Shown: piece by piece, positions 31,231 to 39,671 of the stretch
How the letters are laid out: every line of letters starts with the position of its first letter
How positions within the stretch are numbered: the first letter of the stretch is position 1
Source: Alphaproteobacteria bacterium
GTDB lineage: Bacteria; Pseudomonadota; Alphaproteobacteria; CALKHQ01
Reading direction: 5' to 3'
DNA: 64,000 nucleotides
Assembly: GCA_041396705.1 (NCBI GenBank)
Contig: JAWKYB010000017.1
Coordinates: forward strand, 53,865-117,864
Made by a program: the position numbers and the translations under genes
The notes under the pieces: model-generated
Databases searched by the model: none
What the model saw: the letters and a program-made list of their open reading frames with translations, nothing else
What the model was told of the DNA's origin: nothing

Positions 31231-31941
31231 TCAGGCGATCACCAGGTCGGAGTGGGCCACGGCGAGGTGCTCGTGGATCAGCTTGGTCGAGCCGTCGGAA
31301 TCGCGGTCGCGGATGCGTTCGTAGATGGCGCGGTGCTGCTCGTTGTAGACCGCCATGCGGTGGGCGGTCAGCACCTTGTCCTTGGCGGCTCGCCACTGGG
31401 CATGGCCGCGGACGTGGTTGATCTGGCGATAGATCAGCACCATCAGCGGGTTGTGGGTCGCCTCCGCGATCAGCAGGTGGAAGCGCTGGTCCCAGTGGGT
31501 GAAGGTGTCCGGGTCCATCGACTGCTCAAGCTGCTCCACCGCCGAGGCGATCAGCGCGATGTCGCGCATGGTGGCGTTGCGCACCGCCAGCTGGATCATC
31601 GCCGGCTCCACGGTCTGGCGCACCTGCACCAGCTCCATCGGGCTGGTGATCTCGGCGATGTCGGCGTCGGCCGGCTGGCCGGAGAAGGTGACGAAGGTGC
31701 CGCTGCCGACGCGCCGCTCGATGAACCCGTCCTCGCACAGGTCCTCCAGCGCCTTGCGCACTGTGCCGCGCGAGCTGGCGAAGGTCTGCGCCATCTGGCG
31801 CTCGGCCGGCAGCCGCTCGCCGAAGGCGTAGACCCCGTCGATGATCGACTGCCTGAGCTTCAGCTTGATCCAGGCGGCGCCCTTGCGCTCGATCGACTGG
31901 CCTGCGTTGGTGTCGCGCACCACGGCAACGGTCTCGTTCAT
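31231..31941 (-). CDS. GntR/FadR-family transcriptional regulator
   Basis: The wHTH is LPAERQMAQTFASSRGTVRKALEDLCEDGFIERRVGSGTFV. A helical FCD-type C-domain follows. The gene is divergent from the amine operon. Confidence 0.88.
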   Translation of the reverse strand: MNETVAVVRDTNAGQSIERKGAAWIKLKLRQSIIDGVYAFGERLPAERQMAQTFASSRGTVRKALEDLCEDGFIERRVGSGTFVTFSGQPADADIAEITSPMELVQVRQTVEPAMIQLAVRNATMRDIALIASAVEQLEQSMDPDTFTHWDQRFHLLIAEATHNPLMVLIYRQINHVRGHAQWRAAKDKVLTAHRMAVYNEQHRAIYERIRDRDSDGSTKLIHEHLAVAHSDLVIA

Positions 31942-32001
31942 CGGGCGTCATCCCTGTCCCGGCCACCGGGCACACCGCGCGTCGCCGCGCCCGCCGGCAA
32001 T

Positions 32002-32041
32002 TGACCAAAGTGGACCGAATTATGAACCAATTTGGACCGAA
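32002..32041 (+). promoter_or_regulatory. array of four direct TGRACCRAA repeats
   Basis: The repeats are TGACCAAA (32002), TGGACCGAA (32011), TGAACCAA (32023) and TGGACCGAA (32033). Spacing is 9-12 bp. The array lies between the GntR gene and the flavoprotein gene. Confidence 0.4.
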
Positions 32042-32148
32042 ATCAAGCTTCGGTACAGTATTGGCTATGCAGCCGGTCCGAACGGTCATAGTGTTCGGCC
32101 TGCAAGGCGTCGCGGGCAGCGGGCTGCCCGGCCTCACGGAGAGCATCC

Positions 32149-33492
32149 ATGGCGCTGCCATCCCACTGCCGTTACGTGATCATCGGGGCCGGCATCCACG
32201 GCCTCAGCACGGCCATGCATCTGGCCAAGGGGCTGAAGGCGCGCGGCAGCGGCGGCGGGGCCGACATCGTGGTTCTGGACAAGGCCGGCATCGCGGCCGG
32301 CGCGTCCGGCATCGCCTGCGGCGTGATCCGCAACAACTACTACCAGCCGGCGATGCGCGAGCTGATGGCCCATTCGGTCTCGGTGTGGGAGAGCGATCCG
32401 GAGGCCTATCACTATCACCCGGTCGGCTACATGCAGATCAGCCCGGAGGTGATGCACGCGCAGGTCGCCACCATCTTCGAGCAGCAGCGCGCGATCGGCT
32501 ACGACAGCGACTTCATCGAGGGCGACAAGGCCTGCACCGCCTACATGAAGGAGATTCTCAGCGACTGGCGCGCCCAGGGCATCACCAGCGTGCTGCACGA
32601 GAAGAAGGGCGGCTACGCCAACAACACCGCCTCGATGTACGGCCTGGCCAAGAAGGCCGAGGACGAGGGCGTGCGCATCGTCACCGGCGTCAAGGTGGTC
32701 GGCTTCAAGACCGGCAACGGCAGCGGCGCGGTGAGCGCGGTCGAGACCGACAAGGGCAGCATCGCCTGCGACCACGTGGTGATCGGCGCCGGCCCCTGGG
32801 TGAAGAGCCTGTGGGACATGCTGGAGCTGCCGAAGACGGTCGACATCAAGGGCCCCGACGGCCAGATGCTGCGCGACGTGCCGATGTGGAAATACTGGAG
32901 CCTGCAGGAGGGCACGCTGGGCGTCGACCCGGAGCTGCAGAAGACCAACGACGGCCGCATGCCGCCGGTGATCCACGTCGACACCGACGCGCCGCTCTAT
33001 TCCGACGTCGACGGCTCGCTGATCACCGACAAGCTGTGGGGCATCTACTACAAGCCCGACTTCAACTTCGGCGGCGTGCAGGGCGGCGCGATGCCGTTCC
33101 CGGTCGAGCGCCCGGCCGACGAGGTCGCGGTCGACCCCTACGGTCCGGATTCGCCGGAATTCATCGTCGACGACCACTTCGCGCACATGTGGTGCTCGGC
33201 GCTGGCCCACTGCCAGGAACGCTTCTCCGGCCAGATCGGCCGTTACAAGAAGGAGCCGTCCGGCGGCATCGGCTGCTTCACGCCCGACAGCTTCCCGGTG
33301 TTCGACGTGTTCCGCGAGAACGTCCACGTCATCGCCGACTCCAACCACGGCTACAAGATGATCGGCGTCGGCCAGCTGGTCGCCGACGAGATCCTGGGTG
33401 GGCCGAGCCGGCTGCTGGAACCGTTCCGTTTCAGCCGCTTCGCCGAAGGCAAGCTGCACCCGACCTCGAACAGTCCGTTCCCCTGGAGCTGA
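32149..33492 (+). CDS. DAO-family FAD-dependent oxidoreductase (sarcosine-oxidase-beta / MgdA-like)
   Basis: The protein is 447 aa with the N-terminal dinucleotide fold YVIIGAGIHGLSTAMHLA. GGAGAG lies 7 nt upstream of the ATG. Confidence 0.8.
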   Translation: MALPSHCRYVIIGAGIHGLSTAMHLAKGLKARGSGGGADIVVLDKAGIAAGASGIACGVIRNNYYQPAMRELMAHSVSVWESDPEAYHYHPVGYMQISPEVMHAQVATIFEQQRAIGYDSDFIEGDKACTAYMKEILSDWRAQGITSVLHEKKGGYANNTASMYGLAKKAEDEGVRIVTGVKVVGFKTGNGSGAVSAVETDKGSIACDHVVIGAGPWVKSLWDMLELPKTVDIKGPDGQMLRDVPMWKYWSLQEGTLGVDPELQKTNDGRMPPVIHVDTDAPLYSDVDGSLITDKLWGIYYKPDFNFGGVQGGAMPFPVERPADEVAVDPYGPDSPEFIVDDHFAHMWCSALAHCQERFSGQIGRYKKEPSGGIGCFTPDSFPVFDVFRENVHVIADSNHGYKMIGVGQLVADEILGGPSRLLEPFRFSRFAEGKLHPTSNSPFPWS

Positions 33493-33539
33493 TCCGGGGC
33501 GCCGGCGCCGCTGCGCGGGGGCTTGCAGGCGCGCCATGA

Positions 33540-33590
33540 TTGGTTAGACTGAGGTCCATACTGGTCCAGAATTGGGCCACACAATGGTCC
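33540..33590 (+). promoter_or_regulatory. array of inverted-orientation repeats (TTGGTTA, GGTCCA, TGGTCCA, TGGGCCA, TGGTCC)
   Basis: These are reverse complements of the TGRACCRAA motif. They sit at 33540, 33553, 33562, 33573 and 33585, upstream of the GS-like gene. Confidence 0.35.
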
Positions 33591-33685
33591 GGTCGTTCGC
33601 CGCACCGCGACGGGCGAAACCGGTCCGACAAGGCAAGAGCCGGCGGGCGCCGCGAGCGGCCGGTGAGGAGAGCAGGGGGCAGATC

Positions 33686-35155
33686 ATGATGGACATCGAG
33701 GCATTCGTCCAAGCCGAAGGGCGCGACGAGCAGGTCAGGCAGGTGCGCGAGAAGATCGACGCGCTCGGCATCGAGTATCTCTACCTGCAGTTCGTCTCGG
33801 TGACCGGCCGCATCGTCGGCAAGGGCATCCCGTCGGACCACTGGGAGTCGGTGGCCGAGAAGGGCTTCCAGCTGGTCTATGGCGCGACGGTCAACCTGTT
33901 CACCAACCGGCGCGGCGAGTACATCGGCTTCGGTCCGCAGGACAAGGAGCTGGTCGGCATCCCCGAGCCGGAGACGTTCTGCCAGCTGCCCTGGGACAAG
34001 CGGGTGGCGCGGCTGTTCTGCACCCTGTTCCGCAACCGCGAGGAGCGGCAGAACCCCGGCGCCTACCTCAGCGCCGACTGCCGCGGCAACCTGAAGCGCA
34101 TCCACGACCAGTTCCAGCGCGACCACGGCGGCCTGCACATGCGTCACGGCACCGAGCCGGAGATGATGTGGCTGAAGAAGGACGAGAACGGCCGGCCCAA
34201 CGGCGGCGTGACCAAGCCGCACTGCTATCACATCAACCAGTTCGAGCAGCTGCGCCCGGTCTACATGAAGGTGATCGAGTACTCCAAGGCGATGGGGCTC
34301 GACATGATCCAGGGCGACCACGAGGACGCCCCCGGCCAGCTCGAGCTCAATTTCACCTTCGACGACCCGCTGCGCACCGCCGACCGGCTGACCACCTACC
34401 GCCAGGTCTGCGCCCAGGTCGCGCGCGAGTTCAACCTGATCGCCTGCTTCATGACCAAGCCGTTCATGGGCGTGTCGGCCTCGGGCTGCCACCACAACAT
34501 CTCGTTCTGGCGCGGCGGCGAGGACAAGCTGAACAGCCTGCGCAACGACCCGCTGCCGGGCATGGAAGAGGTGTTCATGTACCGCCGCGGCGGCGAGAAC
34601 ACCTTCATGCCCGACACCGACGACCCGCAGATGCCGGGCAAGGTCGGCCTGCAGGTGGTCGGCGGCATCGTCGCCCACCTGGCCGCGCTGACCGCGATCG
34701 GGTGCTCGACGGTGAACAGCTATCGCCGCCTGTGGGACACCGGCTTCTGGGCGCCGGTGTTCGCCGATTGGGGCTACCAGAACCGCACCACCGGCCTGCG
34801 CATTTCGGCGCCGGGCCGGTTCGAGTACCGCGCGGTCGATTCCATGGTGAACCCGCACCTGATGGCGGCGGCGATCATCAAGGCGGCCGACGACGGCATC
34901 CGCAACGACATCGACCCGGGCCCGCCGGAGGACCGCAACATCTACCAGGCGATGGAGGCTGGCAAGCAGGTGCGCCGCCTGCCGATGAGCCTGGGCGATT
35001 CGCTGGCCGCGCTGGCCAAGGACGACGTCATCAAGTCGGCGATGCCGGGCGACATGTACCGCATCTACGACGAGTACAAGCGCGACGAGTGGGAGCGCTT
35101 CATGCACACCACCACCGAATGGGACATGAACACCTATCTGGACTGCCTGCCCTGA
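33686..35155 (+). CDS. glutamine-synthetase-family ligase (GmaS/GlnT-like gamma-glutamylamide synthetase candidate)
   Basis: GS catalytic motifs are present: GTEPEMMW, DHEDAPGQLELNF, GSGCHHNISFW, NSYRRL and NRTTGLRI. Start is ATG 33686. Confidence 0.8.
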   Translation: MMDIEAFVQAEGRDEQVRQVREKIDALGIEYLYLQFVSVTGRIVGKGIPSDHWESVAEKGFQLVYGATVNLFTNRRGEYIGFGPQDKELVGIPEPETFCQLPWDKRVARLFCTLFRNREERQNPGAYLSADCRGNLKRIHDQFQRDHGGLHMRHGTEPEMMWLKKDENGRPNGGVTKPHCYHINQFEQLRPVYMKVIEYSKAMGLDMIQGDHEDAPGQLELNFTFDDPLRTADRLTTYRQVCAQVAREFNLIACFMTKPFMGVSASGCHHNISFWRGGEDKLNSLRNDPLPGMEEVFMYRRGGENTFMPDTDDPQMPGKVGLQVVGGIVAHLAALTAIGCSTVNSYRRLWDTGFWAPVFADWGYQNRTTGLRISAPGRFEYRAVDSMVNPHLMAAAIIKAADDGIRNDIDPGPPEDRNIYQAMEAGKQVRRLPMSLGDSLAALAKDDVIKSAMPGDMYRIYDEYKRDEWERFMHTTTEWDMNTYLDCLP

Positions 35156-35203
35156 CCGCCGGACCGTCGGCGGAGGGGGCGTTGGCCTGAGGAGTAAGAG
35201 AGC

Positions 35204-36142
35204 ATGTGCGGCATTGCCGGACTGATCCATCGCAATGGCAAGAGCGCCGACATCGGCGCCGAGATGACGTCGATGCTGCAGGCGCTGAAGCATCGCGGGC
35301 CGGACAGCACCGGTTTTGCGGTCTACGGCGTGCCGGACGACGACTATCTGGTCATGCGCTTCAAGGTCGCCGAGCAGGAGGACCTGGTGAAGGGCCTGGC
35401 CATCCACGAGGAGGTCAAGCGCCGCCGCAAGGAGGTCGACCAGCGGCTGGAGGCCCTCGGCGTGGCGATCGCCTCGACCGACGACGCCACCGAATACGCC
35501 TTCCGCTACGTGATGAAGTACGACGGCGACCTGAAGAAGCTGGCCCAGCATGTCGAAGACGTGCCGGGGGCGGAGATCCTGTCGCTCGGCCGCGGGCTGG
35601 AGCTGATCAAGGATCTGGGCGACGCCGGCACGGTGGCGGGCCAGTACGGGCTCGGCAAGTTCCGTGGCACCCACGGCATCGGCCACACCCGGATGGCGAC
35701 CGAATCGGCGGTCGACATCCGCTCCGCCCATCCCTACTGGGCCTACCCCTATTCCGACATCTCGGTGGTCCACAACGGCCAGCTGACCAACTACTGGACC
35801 AAGCGCCGCGAGCTGGAGCGCAAGGGCCAGCGCTTCATGTCCAACTGCGATTCCGAGCTGCTGGCGGTCTACACCGCCGACAAGCTGGAGAACGGCTACA
35901 GCCTGGAGGACTCGCTGCGCCAGTCGGTCGAGGAGCTGGATGGCGTCTTCACCTATCTGGTCGCGACCGCGGACTCGCTGGGCATGGCCAAGGACGTGAT
36001 GGCCGCGAAGCCGATGGTGCTCTACGAGAGCGACGATGCAGTGGCGCTGGCCTCGGAGGAGATCGCGATCCGCCGCATCTTTCCGCAGGAAATCGACACC
36101 TTCGACCCATATGACGGGGAGGTCCGGGTATGGCAGGCCTGA
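35204..36142 (+). CDS. class-II glutamine amidotransferase (MgsA/GlxB-like)
   Basis: The N-terminus MCGIAGLI provides a Cys2 nucleophile. GIGHTRMATES and HNGQLTNY are present. Confidence 0.85.
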   Translation: MCGIAGLIHRNGKSADIGAEMTSMLQALKHRGPDSTGFAVYGVPDDDYLVMRFKVAEQEDLVKGLAIHEEVKRRRKEVDQRLEALGVAIASTDDATEYAFRYVMKYDGDLKKLAQHVEDVPGAEILSLGRGLELIKDLGDAGTVAGQYGLGKFRGTHGIGHTRMATESAVDIRSAHPYWAYPYSDISVVHNGQLTNYWTKRRELERKGQRFMSNCDSELLAVYTADKLENGYSLEDSLRQSVEELDGVFTYLVATADSLGMAKDVMAAKPMVLYESDDAVALASEEIAIRRIFPQEIDTFDPYDGEVRVWQA

Positions 36143-36978
36143 AGAGCCAGGTTGAGCGCAGCTATGACATGGGGCTGCATACCGAGCAGCTCCGCGGTCG
36201 CACGCAGCAGCGCTTTTTCGAGGCCGACGAGGCCGAGAACCTCACCTATCCCGATGCGCCGGACGTCGACTTCAACAAGCGCGCCGAGTTCGACGCCAAG
36301 GACATGTCGACCGCGGACGTCAATAGGAAGATCCGCGCGCTGATGCTGGAGGGGCACGGCACCATCGTGGTCAAGAACCCGATGGCGCGGCATTCGCTCG
36401 GCGTCGGCATCCTCAACCGGCTCAACCTCTATTTCGAGGGCAGCCTGGGCTATTTCGGCGTCGGCCTGATCGACGGTCCGAACGTGCGCATCTCCGGCCG
36501 GGTCGGCTGGTCCTGCGCCGAGAACATGATGGCCGGCACCGTCGTCATCGAGAAGAACGCCGGCTCGCAGTTCGGCGCCGCCCTGCGCGGCGGCGACCTG
36601 GTCTGCAAGGGCCAGGTCGGCGCGCGCACCGGCATCGACATGAAGGGCGGCACCATCATCGTCGGCAAGTCGACCGGCGCCTTCTCCGGCTTCATGATGC
36701 AGCGCGGGCGCATGGTGATCTGCGGCGACGCGGGCGCCAATCTGGGCGATTCGATGTACGACGGCACCATCTTCGTCGGCGGCAAGATCGCCTCGCTCGG
36801 CGTCGACGCGGTGCCGGCAGAGCTGACCGACCTCGACCGGTCGTGGCTGACCCGCAAGCTGAAGCAGTACGACATGGTTCCGGCGCAGGGCGTCGACCAT
36901 TTCCAGAAGGTCGTCGCCGGCAAGCAGCTGTGGAACTACGACAACCTCGAGCCGGCCGAGAAGAAGCTCATTCTCTAG
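36130..36978 (+). CDS. GXGXG-motif protein (glutamate synthase alpha C-terminal-domain-like; MgsB/GlxC-like)
   Basis: Beta-helix repeats are visible: GYFGVGLIDGPNVRISG..AGTVVIEKNAG..GGDLVCKGQVG..GGTIIVGKSTG..GRMVICGDAG. The start overlaps the previous gene by 13 nt. Confidence 0.85.
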   Translation: MAGLKSQVERSYDMGLHTEQLRGRTQQRFFEADEAENLTYPDAPDVDFNKRAEFDAKDMSTADVNRKIRALMLEGHGTIVVKNPMARHSLGVGILNRLNLYFEGSLGYFGVGLIDGPNVRISGRVGWSCAENMMAGTVVIEKNAGSQFGAALRGGDLVCKGQVGARTGIDMKGGTIIVGKSTGAFSGFMMQRGRMVICGDAGANLGDSMYDGTIFVGGKIASLGVDAVPAELTDLDRSWLTRKLKQYDMVPAQGVDHFQKVVAGKQLWNYDNLEPAEKKLIL

Positions 36979-36994
36979 GCCGCCAAACCGGAAC

Positions 36995-37094
36995 GTCATT
37001 GCGAGGAGCGGAGCGACGCGGCAATCCAGGCCACCGCCCGATGCCCGCGCAGCCACCCTGGATCGCCACACCGCCTTCGGCGGCGCGCGATGAC
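36995..37094. repeat. REP/MITE-like imperfect inverted repeat inserted between two operon genes
   Basis: GTCATTGCGAGGAGCGGAGCGACGCGGCAATCCAGG is paired with CCTGGATCGCC...GCGCGATGAC. This is the classic alphaproteobacterial element that yields WIAASLRSSQ-type pseudo-peptides in ORF tracks. Confidence 0.65.
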
Positions 37095-37113
37095 GGAATG
37101 AGGAGTAGGAAGC

Positions 37114-38496
37114 ATGCCCGTTGAACAGCAGCCGGTGCCTGTCGAGCAGCCAGCGGCGAAGAAGACGAAGCGCAACGTCAATCTGCTTGGCCGCAGCTTC
37201 ATCTTCCCGCCGAACGTCATCGACGACATCCACATCAAGGCCGAGCTCGGCCGCTATCGCATGCGCGGCTTCAGCCTGTTCAAGAAGATCCCGAGCTGGG
37301 ACGACCTGACCTTCCTGCCGGGCACGCTGACCCGCTTCGTGATCGAGGGCTATCGCGAGAAGTGCGAGACCAAGACCGTGCTGGGCCCGCGCGCCAAGCG
37401 ACCGCTGGAGCTCGACATTCCGGTCTACATCACCGGCATGAGCTTCGGCGCGCTCAGCTACGAGGCCAAGACCGCGCTGGCCCGCGGCGCCACCATGGCC
37501 GGCACCGCCACCTGCTCCGGCGAGGGCGGCATGATCCCGGACGAGCGGCGCTATTCGTCGAAGTGGTACTACCAGTGCATCCAGTCGCGCTACGGCTTCA
37601 ACCCGCACCACCTGCGGCTGGCCGACGCGGTGGAGTTCTTCATCGGCCAGGGCTGCAAGGTCGGCCTCGGCGGCCACCTGATGGGCCAGAAGGTCACCGA
37701 CCAGGTCGCCGAGATGCGCTCGCTGCCCGCCGGCATCGACCAGCGCTCGCCGGCCCGCCATCCGGACTGGCTGGGCCCCGACGACTTGGCGCTGAAGATC
37801 GAGGAGATCCGCGAGGCGACCGACTGGCAGATCCCGATCCAGCTGAAGCTGGGCGCCGCCCGCGTCTATGACGACGTGCGCATGGCCGCCAAGTGCGACC
37901 CGGACATGATCTACATCGACGGCATGGAGGGCGGCACCGGCGCCGGCCCGCACCTGGCCACCGAGGAGACCGGTGTGCCGGGCATCGCCGCCATCCGCCA
38001 GGCGCGCCGCGCGCTCGACGACGTCGGCAAGTCCGGCGAGATCAGCCTGATCTACGCCGGCGGCATCCGCAACGGCGGCGACGTCGCCAAGGCGATCGCG
38101 CTCGGCGCCGACGCGGTGGCAATCGGCCACTCGGCCCTGATGGCGCTGAACTGCAACAAGGACATCCCAGAGGCCGACTACGAGAAGGAAGTCGGGGTCG
38201 AATCCGGCTATTGCTATCACTGTCACACCGGCCGCTGCCCGGTCGGCGTCGCCACGCAGGACCCGGCGCTGCGCGCGCGGCTCGACCCCGACGAGGCGGC
38301 GGAGCGCGTGTACAACTTCCTGCACACGCTGACCATCGAGTGCCAGATGCTGGCGCGGGCCTGCGGCAAGACCTACGTCCACAGCCTGGAGCCGGAGGAT
38401 CTGGCCGCGCTGACCATGGAGGCGTCGGCGATGGCCGGCGTGCCGCTGGCTGGCACCGACTACACCGTCGGCGTCGCCGACTATCACCACCTCTAG
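37114..38496 (+). CDS. FMN-binding glutamate-synthase-family protein (MgsC/GlxD-like)
   Basis: ITGMSFGALSYEAKTALARGA, DGMEGGTGAGP and GGIRNGGDVAKAIALGADAV are present, plus a Cys cluster CYHCHTGRCPVG. Confidence 0.88.
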   Translation: MPVEQQPVPVEQPAAKKTKRNVNLLGRSFIFPPNVIDDIHIKAELGRYRMRGFSLFKKIPSWDDLTFLPGTLTRFVIEGYREKCETKTVLGPRAKRPLELDIPVYITGMSFGALSYEAKTALARGATMAGTATCSGEGGMIPDERRYSSKWYYQCIQSRYGFNPHHLRLADAVEFFIGQGCKVGLGGHLMGQKVTDQVAEMRSLPAGIDQRSPARHPDWLGPDDLALKIEEIREATDWQIPIQLKLGAARVYDDVRMAAKCDPDMIYIDGMEGGTGAGPHLATEETGVPGIAAIRQARRALDDVGKSGEISLIYAGGIRNGGDVAKAIALGADAVAIGHSALMALNCNKDIPEADYEKEVGVESGYCYHCHTGRCPVGVATQDPALRARLDPDEAAERVYNFLHTLTIECQMLARACGKTYVHSLEPEDLAALTMEASAMAGVPLAGTDYTVGVADYHHL

Positions 38497-38592
38497 GCGC
38501 GTGCGCGCGGCAACGGCCGGCACGCTGACCGTCGTCGCGAGGCGCGCCGCCAGCCGGCGGCTCGCGACGGCGACGGATTAGGGAGACGACCA

Positions 38593-39009
38593 ATGGCAGG
38601 CAAGGGCGGTTACAAGGGCAGCGGCGAGGCCGGCGACGTCGATCGCTTCCTGAAGGGCGAGGGGCTGGATTCGACCCGCGAGCGCGAGATCGGCCAGCAC
38701 ATCGGCTATCGCTACGACGTCAACCTGCTGCCGGACTACGGCAAGATCACGCCGTTCCTGGCCAAGTACATGGAGACCATGGGCTGGGACGACCTCAACT
38801 GGCTCGAGGACGTGCACATGGGCTACGAGGACGGCCGCCCGGCGGTGTTCGACCGCAACATCAACGGCTGGGTGACCATTCCGGAGTCGGTCGACCTGCC
38901 CGACAATCAGCAGGACCGCGACATGCTGGCGCGCGAGATGCTGATCAAGTTCCAGATGTCGCCGAACCACCCGATGGTCACGCTGAACAAGGCCTATCGG
39001 AAATTCTGA
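38593..39009 (+). CDS. hypothetical 138-aa protein, last gene of the amine operon
   Basis: AGGGAG lies 7 nt before the ATG. The protein is acidic and Trp/Tyr-rich (MAGKGGYKGSGEAGDVDRFLKG...WDDLNWLEDVHMGYEDGRP...). It has no TM segment, no Cys, and no family I recognise. Confidence 0.6.
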   Translation: MAGKGGYKGSGEAGDVDRFLKGEGLDSTREREIGQHIGYRYDVNLLPDYGKITPFLAKYMETMGWDDLNWLEDVHMGYEDGRPAVFDRNINGWVTIPESVDLPDNQQDRDMLAREMLIKFQMSPNHPMVTLNKAYRKF

Positions 39010-39030
39010 CCGGCCCTGGCCGACCGCAGC

Positions 39031-39609
39031 TCAGAACAGGGCGACGCCCGCCGCCTCGAGGCAGACCAGGGCGCCCAGCGCCCCGAACAGCGCGGCGGCG
39101 GCCAGCCTGATCGTGCGCAGCGGCAGCCGGTCGGCGGCGAAGCCGCCCAGCGCGACCACCGGCGCGTTGGCCGCCATCATGCCGAGCGTTGTGCCGACCG
39201 TGACCATCGCGATGTCCTGGAAGCGGGCGGCCAGCGCCATGGTGGCGACCTGGGTCTTGTCGCCGATCTCGACCAGAAAGAACGCGACCAGGGTGGTCAG
39301 GAAGGCGCCGTAGCGGTCGGCCGGGCCTGCCGAGTCGCCGTCCAGCCGGTCGGGTTTCAGGGTCCACAGGCCCATCAGGACGAAACCGGCACCGAGCCCC
39401 CACTGCAACGCCTCGCTCTGCAGCCAGTCGCCGACGGCGGTGCCAAGCAGGGCAGCCAGCGCATGGTTGGCGACGGTGGCGATCAGGATGCCGGCGAGGA
39501 TCGGCAGCGGCGCGCGGAAGCGCGCGCACAGCAGCAGCGCCAGCAACTGGGTCTTGTCGCCGATCTCGGCCAGGGCGACGACGCCGGTCGAGACGAGCAG
39601 GCTTTCCAT
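39031..39609 (-). CDS. UPF0016 / GDT1 (TMEM165) family cation (Mn2+/Ca2+) transporter
   Basis: It has two E-x-G-D-K-T motifs (LAEIGDKTQ and LVEIGDKTQ) and about 6 TM helices. Start is ATG 39609. Confidence 0.85.
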   Translation of the reverse strand: MESLLVSTGVVALAEIGDKTQLLALLLCARFRAPLPILAGILIATVANHALAALLGTAVGDWLQSEALQWGLGAGFVLMGLWTLKPDRLDGDSAGPADRYGAFLTTLVAFFLVEIGDKTQVATMALAARFQDIAMVTVGTTLGMMAANAPVVALGGFAADRLPLRTIRLAAAALFGALGALVCLEAAGVALF

Positions 39610-39671
39610 CGGCACATTCCCGGGTCGGCGGCAGGCCAAGGCCCGGCGGCCGCCCGACCCCGCGGGGCGCC

